From Thermoclostridium sp. (lineage in GTDB: Bacteria > Bacillota > Clostridia > DSM-8532), in the NCBI GenBank assembly GCA_036562185.1, contig DATCKN010000060.1, positions 10,128 to 42,127 on the forward strand: 32,000 bases of DNA, given 5' to 3'. Position 1 is the first letter of the stretch; every line of letters starts with the position of its first letter. Below the pieces are notes generated by a model. That model was not told where the DNA came from. It worked only from the letters and a program-made list of their open reading frames with translations, and did no database searches. Shown here piece by piece: positions 26,323 through 32,000 of this stretch. The position numbers were made by a program, and so were the translations under genes.

Positions 26323-28089
26323 TTAATCCATAATATATTTCGGTACTCCCATGTCGAGTTCGGGCTTGATTTTTTCCAGGAAACTTTCCAGTGCCATGCT
26401 TCCTAGATTACCTTCCTTCCTGGAACGTACAGACACGCTGTTTGCTTCAATTTCCTTGTCTCCTATTATGAATATGATTGGAATTTTTTCCAGCTCCATT
26501 TTTCTAATCTTTGCGTTCATTTTGTCATCGCTTGAGTCGAAGCTGACTCTTAGCCCCAGCCTTTTCAGTTTTACCGAAAGGTCTTTGCAGTAGTCATTTT
26601 GGCGGCTGCTTACAGGAACAATTCCAATCTGGACGGGTGCAAACCACAGCGGAAAATCCCCGTTATAATGCTCAATAAGCAATGCAAAGAATCTTTCCAG
26701 GCTTCCGAACAATGCCCTGTGAACCATCAGTGGAGTATGTTTCAGTCCATCGGCTCCAATATATTTCATGTTGAATCTTTCGGGAAGATTGAAGTCATAC
26801 TGGATGGTGCTGCACTGCCATTCCCTGCCCAAAGCGTCCCTTAGCTTTAAGTCTATTTTTGGTCCGTAAAAAGCTCCGCCGCCTTCATCAATTTCATATT
26901 CCAGTCCGGCTTTAATTACAGCCGCTTTCAGAGCGTCAATTGCATTGTCCCAGTCTTCTGCGCTGCCAATTGACTTATTTTCGGGCCTTGTTGCCACGTA
27001 CGCCTTAAAATCTTTCAACCCGAATGACTGCAGAATATACAGGGAAAACTTCAGTACATTGAAGATCTCGTCATAAGCCTGCTCGGGAGTACAGATTATA
27101 TGCGCATCATCCTGTGTAAACCCTCTGACTCTCGTAAGCCCCTGGAGCGTCCCCGAAAGTTCATACCGGTACACCGTGCCGTATTCGGCATAGCGCACGG
27201 GCAGATCCCTGTATGAATGTATTGAGCTGTTATATATCATCACATGGAAAGGGCAGCTCATTGGCTTAAGATAGTACTCCTCATTGTCTATTTCAATGGC
27301 GCTGTACATTGTATCCTTATAATACTGCAGGTGTCCGGAGGTTTTCCACAACTCCGACCGTCCTATATGCGGCGTATACACCCATTCGTAACCGTTAAGG
27401 ATATGTGCCGACTGGCTGAATTTTTCCAGCAGGTATCTGACCATGGCACCTTTTGGATGCCACAAAACAAGCCCCTGCCCAACATCCTGGGAAAGGCTGA
27501 AAAGATCCAGCTGTTTCCCCAGAATTCGGTGGTCACGTTTGCTTGCTTCTTCAATCCTGCTGATATATGCTTTTAGTTCTTCTTCATTCTCCCAGGCTGT
27601 TCCGGAAACCCGCTGGAGCATTGCTTTGCCGGAATCTCCTTTCCAATATGCACCGGAGAAGCCCATAAGTTTGAATGCCTGTGGATTCAAATCTTCAAGC
27701 GAAGATAAGAGAGAACCATTACATAAATCAAGGAAGCTCCCGATCTGGCATATTGTAACGTCAGAGTTTTCCTGGCTTTCAGAAAGCTCGTCAATTAGTT
27801 CAAGCTTATAGGGCTGGCAGGAAAATATTCTGCGGGCCTCTGCTATGCTTACAGACTTAAGTTTTACCTGATATCCTTTTCCAATTATATCCCGTATTTT
27901 ACCTTCTATTTGATTTAAATCTTCCAGAACGAAAGGCCTTGGTAATTCAAAATCATAAAAGAATTCATCTTCTGAAACCGATCCTGTTCCCAGTTTAACA
28001 TTGCTGAAAATTTCATTCACGGCATAAGCCAGAACAAGAGCCATAGTATTTTTTACTTTATATAACATTTCATTATCAATATTACTCAT
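26323..28089 (-). CDS. thrS: Threonyl-tRNA synthetase without the N-terminal TGS domain and with degenerate editing-site residues
   Basis: Class II core and zinc ligands are present (KPMSCPFHVMIY, FTQDDAHIIC, VHRALFGSLERF), as are motif 2/3 regions and a C-terminal anticodon-binding domain. AAAGGAG plus 8 nt precedes the ATG at 28089, so the ORF-track GTG at 28098 overlaps the Shine-Dalgarno. See findings for the N-terminal anomalies. Confidence 0.9.
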   Translation of the reverse strand: MSNIDNEMLYKVKNTMALVLAYAVNEIFSNVKLGTGSVSEDEFFYDFELPRPFVLEDLNQIEGKIRDIIGKGYQVKLKSVSIAEARRIFSCQPYKLELIDELSESQENSDVTICQIGSFLDLCNGSLLSSLEDLNPQAFKLMGFSGAYWKGDSGKAMLQRVSGTAWENEEELKAYISRIEEASKRDHRILGKQLDLFSLSQDVGQGLVLWHPKGAMVRYLLEKFSQSAHILNGYEWVYTPHIGRSELWKTSGHLQYYKDTMYSAIEIDNEEYYLKPMSCPFHVMIYNSSIHSYRDLPVRYAEYGTVYRYELSGTLQGLTRVRGFTQDDAHIICTPEQAYDEIFNVLKFSLYILQSFGLKDFKAYVATRPENKSIGSAEDWDNAIDALKAAVIKAGLEYEIDEGGGAFYGPKIDLKLRDALGREWQCSTIQYDFNLPERFNMKYIGADGLKHTPLMVHRALFGSLERFFALLIEHYNGDFPLWFAPVQIGIVPVSSRQNDYCKDLSVKLKRLGLRVSFDSSDDKMNAKIRKMELEKIPIIFIIGDKEIEANSVSVRSRKEGNLGSMALESFLEKIKPELDMGVPKYIMD

Positions 28090-28420
28090 AAAAAACACTC
28101 CTTTACCGTTTTATTGCCTGGCAGAGACTAATCACCGCCAGACGCATGCTTGTAAAAACCTGCTAAGACACGTGTATCTAAAGGTAACCAAAGTTCTGCC
28201 CTTGAAGGCAGAAGTACTTGCAGCCTTTGTACTCGTAAATTTGCACTGCTGACTATGTTTTGCCGTGCACATGCACATAAAGATTACTTATCAACGATAA
28301 AGAAGCGACTAGTTATACTACCCGAACTGTCAGAAAAACATATTACATTGCCGTCATATGAGATACATGCAAAAACATATAGTATTCTTCTCACAGTCCA
28401 TACACCACCTTCCGGGTATA

Positions 28421-28660
28421 ATAAAAAACTCCCATCCCACTAAGGGATGAGAGCAGTTCTCATGGTTCCACCCAAATTACAGTTGCTTTAAGCAACTATC
28501 ACTCATTGCGATTATAACGGAATCACCGGTTGTACTTACTTAAGGTTCGGTACACTGCTCAAAGGGGGTTTTCGATTTTCCATGTTTGGAAGCGCTCTCA
28601 GCCGCCGACGCTCCCTCTCTGATAAACTGGGCAAAATCTACTCGTCCTTGTCATCGCATT
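28421..28660 (-). promoter_or_regulatory. T-box riboswitch leader with an ACC (Thr) specifier candidate
   Basis: The minus strand has TGCGATGACAAGGACGAGTAG (stem I base / GA motif), AGAGAG and GGCTGAGAG, and ACC codon candidates (28528-28530 or 28549-28551). The T-box sequence AATTTGGGTGGAACCATGAG is followed by the terminator CTCATCCC-TTAGT-GGGATGGGAG-TTTTTT. Confidence 0.8.
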
Positions 28661-28679
28661 TGCCTGTATGTTTTTAAAT

Positions 28680-28707
28680 ATTATAGCAGATATTTTTTAA
28701 AAGTAAA
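28680..28707 (-). promoter_or_regulatory. Candidate sigma-A promoter for the T-box/thrS transcript
   Basis: On the minus strand, TTTACT (28707-28702), a 16-nt spacer, then TATAAT (28685-28680). The T-box stem I begins about 20 nt downstream. Confidence 0.45.
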
Positions 28708-29025
28708 ACAAATTTTAAGAAGGTTTATATACTTATAAATTGTAACATTAAATGCCTGAAGTTTTAGTAAACCGAAAATACTTACCGGAGTTTGCTTTCA
28801 TATAACGTATATTTATTCTCGGCCTGTATTTCATTATTTTCTGCAAAATTCACCCTCATATATTATGTATGAACATATTCCATCATTATTTATGGAAAAA
28901 AATCTATATCAAAAACCGAATTATGATAATATGCTTTCAAAGAAAATGAGGTGTTTTTTACCATTAAATAAAAGCGGTTTAATTCGAAACATGTAGATTA
29001 AGTGGTTTACATTCTATTTAATTTA

Positions 29026-29054
29026 TTGATTTCAACCTTAAGCTGTGCAATAAT
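29026..29054 (+). promoter_or_regulatory. Candidate extended -10 sigma-A promoter upstream of the MetRS-like gene
   Basis: TTGATT (29026-29031), a 17-nt spacer ending in TGc, then AATAAT (29049-29054). This would give a leader of about 200-260 nt. Confidence 0.35.
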
Positions 29055-29262
29055 ATAATAATAAAAGCTGGGCATATTTTGTAAAAACATGATATATCGG
29101 ATTAAGGCAGTTATTTAAAGTTACTGGCTCTGGCTGTTTATAAGATGCACTCTGATTTACTTCAGGGACATTTGGAATAAATAAGAACAGTTTAAGAAAA
29201 AATTAGCTTAACTGTGAACATAAAAGTTATTTTTATAGGAGGATGATTTACTTGGGGCAGAA

Positions 29263-31326
29263 ATGAATAATGGCAATATAAAGGTTACTGAATGTAAAAT
29301 CGATAACAAAGAGGAATGTAAGAATATGGATGATAATAAACATTGTTCGGGCAGACCCAAATTCCCTAAAAGGGCAGTTGTTACAGCAGGAATGCCATAT
29401 GGAAACAAAGAATTACACCTTGGGCATATTGGCGGTGTTTTCGTGCATGCCGATACCTATGCGCGGTTTTTGCGCGATCGTATAGGTAAGGAAAATGTGA
29501 TATTTGTTTCAGGTACCGACTGTTATGGTTCCCCAATACTGGAACACTACCGCCAGTTGGTTGAGAGCGGTTCATTTAACGGGACCATAGACGATTTTGT
29601 TCAGCGCAATCACGATCTCCAGCAGGAGGTATTGGATAATTACTATATAGCTATAAATCTTTTTGCAGCTTCAAGCTTTGGCCCTGCTGCCAAAAACCAC
29701 AGGGAATTTTCAAAAGAATTTATTGAAAGACTGTATGAAAACGGACATTTGGTAAAAATGACCACATCCCAGTTCTATGATCCTGAGCTTGGTGTTTTCC
29801 TCAATGGCCGCCAGGTTGTTGGAAAGTGTCCCATTGAAGGATGCAAATCCGAAAGGGGTTATGCAGATGAATGTTCATTAGGGCATCAATACATGCCTGC
29901 GGATTTGATTGATCCAAAAAGCACGCTTACAGGGAAAAGACCCGAAATGAGGGATGTTACGAACTGGTATTTCAAGCTCGACAGTTTCCGCGATCTTTTA
30001 ATCCAGTGGGTAGAGAAGCTTGAAAAAGATGAAAGATCCAGGAATTTTGTCATTAAAAGCATAAAGGAATTCCTTGAACCTCCGGTTATTTATGTAAAGA
30101 GGGAATTTGCTGATGTATTGGAAACGATAAAGGATAAGCTTCCTGACTACGAGTTTATTGACGAGGGCAAATCCTCTGTAATAATGTCTTTTGACAGCCT
30201 GGAAAAAAGAGAAAAAGCATCATTAATACTCGCTGAAAACGGTATCCGTTTCCGTACCGGGAAAACCCTTGTGCCGTTCAGGCTTACCGGCAATATAGAG
30301 TGGGGAGTACCTGCACCGTGCATTGAAGGTCTTGATGGCCTTACAGTCTGGGTATGGCCTGAGTCCCTCTGGGCTCCTATATCATTCACAATGACTTATC
30401 TTGAAATGAATGGGAATGACAGGAATAAATGGAGAGAATGGTGGTGTTCGAAGGATTCCCAGGTTTATCAGTTCCTCGGTGAAGACAATGTATATTTTTA
30501 CGGTCCTGCAGAAATGGCAATGTTCATGGCTCAGCAGGGCAAAGAGCCGTCTGTTGAACCACCCGAGGGCGAACTGCAATTACCGAAGCTGATTGTTAAT
30601 AATCATATTTTATTCTTGAACAAAAAGGCAAGCAGCAGTGGCGAAATTAAGCCGCCTTCCGCAAGGGAATTGCTTGAACATTACACACCCGAGCAGTTGC
30701 GAGCTCATTTCCTTGGCTTGGGCCTTGGAATCAGAAGTGTAGGTTTCCAGCCAAAACCGTTTAATCCTGCTGCTTCAGAGAAGGACAGCGATCCTGTATT
30801 AAAAGAGGGTAACCTGCTCACTAATGTATTTAACCGGGCTGTAAGGTCATGTTTCTATACAGCCCAGAAATACACTGACGGTAAGATTCCTGTGAGAAGT
30901 ATCAGCGACGAGGTAATAAAAGAGGCCAACGAAACCATTCTTGAATATGAAAGGCTGATGTACAGGTTTGAGTTCCACCAGGTTATGAACCTGATGGATA
31001 CTTATATCCGCAATATAAATAAATATTGGTCGAAAAATATTAAAGAAGCTGAAACAGAAAATAATGATGACTTAAGATTGCAGGTTTTGGCCGATACTTT
31101 CCATATGGTCCGCACTGCGGCTGTCCTTATGCATCCGATAGCTCCGAAAGGAACAGAAATGATACGGGATTACCTGAATGTAGGAGAAGAGCTGTGGAGC
31201 TGGGACAGGATATTTGATCCAATATATAGCTTTATGGACAATCCTGAAGAACATAAACTGAAATTCCTTGAACCCAGGGTTGACTTTTTTAAGAAGCATC
31301 CAAGCCAAATCAGCCAGTATGAATAA
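29263..31326 (+). CDS. metG: Methionyl-tRNA-synthetase-family class I ligase (atypical: KMSKS loop reads KASSS, no C-terminal tRNA-binding domain)
   Basis: By-eye collinearity with E. coli MetRS: GMPYGN.ELHLGH (HIGH motif 29416-29427), GTDCYGSPI, QFYDPE.G.FL, the CP..GC...C knuckle, LIDPKS..TG..PE.RD, and anticodon-domain N/R and W positions. The start is ambiguous (29263 or the ATG at 29326, preceded by GAGGAA). The symbol is given for the family only; see findings. Confidence 0.75.
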   Translation: MNNGNIKVTECKIDNKEECKNMDDNKHCSGRPKFPKRAVVTAGMPYGNKELHLGHIGGVFVHADTYARFLRDRIGKENVIFVSGTDCYGSPILEHYRQLVESGSFNGTIDDFVQRNHDLQQEVLDNYYIAINLFAASSFGPAAKNHREFSKEFIERLYENGHLVKMTTSQFYDPELGVFLNGRQVVGKCPIEGCKSERGYADECSLGHQYMPADLIDPKSTLTGKRPEMRDVTNWYFKLDSFRDLLIQWVEKLEKDERSRNFVIKSIKEFLEPPVIYVKREFADVLETIKDKLPDYEFIDEGKSSVIMSFDSLEKREKASLILAENGIRFRTGKTLVPFRLTGNIEWGVPAPCIEGLDGLTVWVWPESLWAPISFTMTYLEMNGNDRNKWREWWCSKDSQVYQFLGEDNVYFYGPAEMAMFMAQQGKEPSVEPPEGELQLPKLIVNNHILFLNKKASSSGEIKPPSARELLEHYTPEQLRAHFLGLGLGIRSVGFQPKPFNPAASEKDSDPVLKEGNLLTNVFNRAVRSCFYTAQKYTDGKIPVRSISDEVIKEANETILEYERLMYRFEFHQVMNLMDTYIRNINKYWSKNIKEAETENNDDLRLQVLADTFHMVRTAAVLMHPIAPKGTEMIRDYLNVGEELWSWDRIFDPIYSFMDNPEEHKLKFLEPRVDFFKKHPSQISQYE

Positions 31327-31343
31327 AGGTATTTTATATTAAG

Positions 31344-31375
31344 AAGGCGGAGTTTAAACTCCGCCTTTGTTATTT
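31344..31375 (+). terminator. Intrinsic terminator after the MetRS-like gene
   Basis: AGGCGGAGTTT/AAACTCCGCCT hairpin followed by TTGTTATTT. Confidence 0.75.
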
Positions 31376-31505
31376 ATCAATTATGAGTCAACCGGTAAAA
31401 TGCCCCCTCAAAATGGCTTATATATGCCAGGAAATCTTTTAATTTACATAAAACCCCTATTGCCGGAAGATAATTTTCTGCCGGCATTTTACCTTATTGC
31501 ATGGA

Positions 31506-32000
31506 TTAGATTTTGAAAACACTGATGGACTCTTTCATTCTGTTCGCCAGTTCACCCAGTTCTTTTGACAGGGAAGCAAGGTGTTCAATACTTGCCAGCT
31601 GTTCTTCCGTTGAGGCATTGACTTCCTCGGATGATGCAGCAGTCTCATCGGATACCGCAGAAATATTCTGAATCGATGACAGTGAGTCGGCTTTAAATTC
31701 ATCCATTTCCTTGGTTTCCTTCCTGATTTCTTCAATTCTTTCGGCAAGTGCCTGCATTGAAGCAGTTATTCTGTTGAAGAACTCAATGGTATTATTTACT
31801 GATTCATTCTGAGCCCTCAGTGCTTCTTCAATTTCAGTTGAACGCATAACTGTCGTCTGTGTCTGTTTCAGCGTGTTATTAATTATTGATGAAATTTCCC
31901 TGGTAGCTTCCATGGACTGCTCTGCAAGCTTTCTGACTTCATCGGCAACCACTGCGAAACCTCGCCCTGATTCACCGGCCCTTGCAGCTTCAATAGCAGC
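31506..32000 (-). CDS. Methyl-accepting chemotaxis protein, C-terminal signalling domain (partial; continues beyond the window edge)
   Basis: The minus-strand translation continues upstream of the listed ORF as [29 protein letters not shown], the highly conserved MCP hairpin tip. Coiled-coil heptads follow. Stop at 31506. Confidence 0.85.
   Translation of the reverse strand, partial: AAIEAARAGESGRGFAVVADEVRKLAEQSMEATREISSIINNTLKQTQTTVMRSTEIEEALRAQNESVNNTIEFFNRITASMQALAERIEEIRKETKEMDEFKADSLSSIQNISAVSDETAASSEEVNASTEEQLASIEHLASLSKELGELANRMKESISVFKI

Noticed and set aside
28090-28420. A second tandem T-box (as reported for the Bacillus thrZ leader) in the spacer before thrS
   Set aside because: Only a partial resemblance is present (AACTTTGGTTACC against the T-box GGGTGGTACC core; TCGTTGATAAGTAA against GCGATGA..AGTA). 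There are no AGAGA/distal-loop motifs, and no convincing terminator stem before the GGTTTTT tract.
28255-28443. 62-aa plus-strand ORF in the thrS leader region
   Set aside because: It overlaps the T-box terminator on the opposite strand and has no Shine-Dalgarno or recognisable domain. It is probably a by-product of the unusual composition of the spacer.
28700-29262. T-box or S-box/SAM riboswitch upstream of the MetRS-like gene
   Set aside because: No GGGTGGTACC-like T-box core, no stem I GA/AGTA motifs and no S-box GAGGGA/GCAACC blocks are visible on the plus strand.
1-32000. Mobile elements, CRISPR arrays, tRNA/rRNA genes and defence-system genes
   Set aside because: I found no transposase, integrase or recombinase motifs. 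There are no regularly spaced direct repeats, no tRNA-like cloverleaf sequences (no GGTTCGAATCC-type T-arms) and no nuclease, helicase or methyltransferase signatures. This absence is judged by eye only.

Overview
AT-rich segment (roughly 40% GC by eye, not computed). Its proteins and RNA leaders look like a Clostridia-class Firmicute chromosome: an SLH-domain wall protein, T-box and TPP riboswitches, rubrerythrin and ECF sigma modules. I support about 27 protein-coding genes. I see no rRNA or tRNA genes, no CRISPR array, and no transposase, integrase or phage genes. Gene order: (1) a GT4 glycosyltransferase fused to a PlsC-type acyltransferase; (2) a minus-strand operon under a TPP riboswitch, made of a thiM remnant, thiE and a HAD phosphatase; (3) an ECF sigma with a membrane anti-sigma candidate; (4) a TPR-containing lytic transglycosylase; (5) an orphan promoter, mini-ORF and terminator unit; (6) rsgA; (7) two translationally coupled membrane proteins of unknown function; (8) a three-domain rubrerythrin; (9) mtnA; (10) an SLH-GH18 wall protein; (11) an MFS transporter; (12) a cupin; (13) a flavodoxin-ferredoxin fusion; (14) a class-C beta-lactamase-family hydrolase; (15) a three-gene ABC-2 transporter; (16) a second ECF sigma followed by a soluble 404-aa repeat protein; (17) a DUF2935 protein; (18) a frameshifted DUF2804 gene; (19) a T-box-controlled ThrRS that lacks the TGS domain and the editing-site histidines; (20) a divergently transcribed MetRS-family gene whose KMSKS loop reads KASSS; (21) the 3' end of a methyl-accepting chemotaxis gene. 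The strongest candidates for new biology are the divergent pair of atypical aminoacyl-tRNA synthetase genes, the ECF sigma with a soluble repeat-protein partner, and the GT4-acyltransferase fusion. All family assignments come from by-eye motif recognition and remembered reference sequences. No database search or computation was run.
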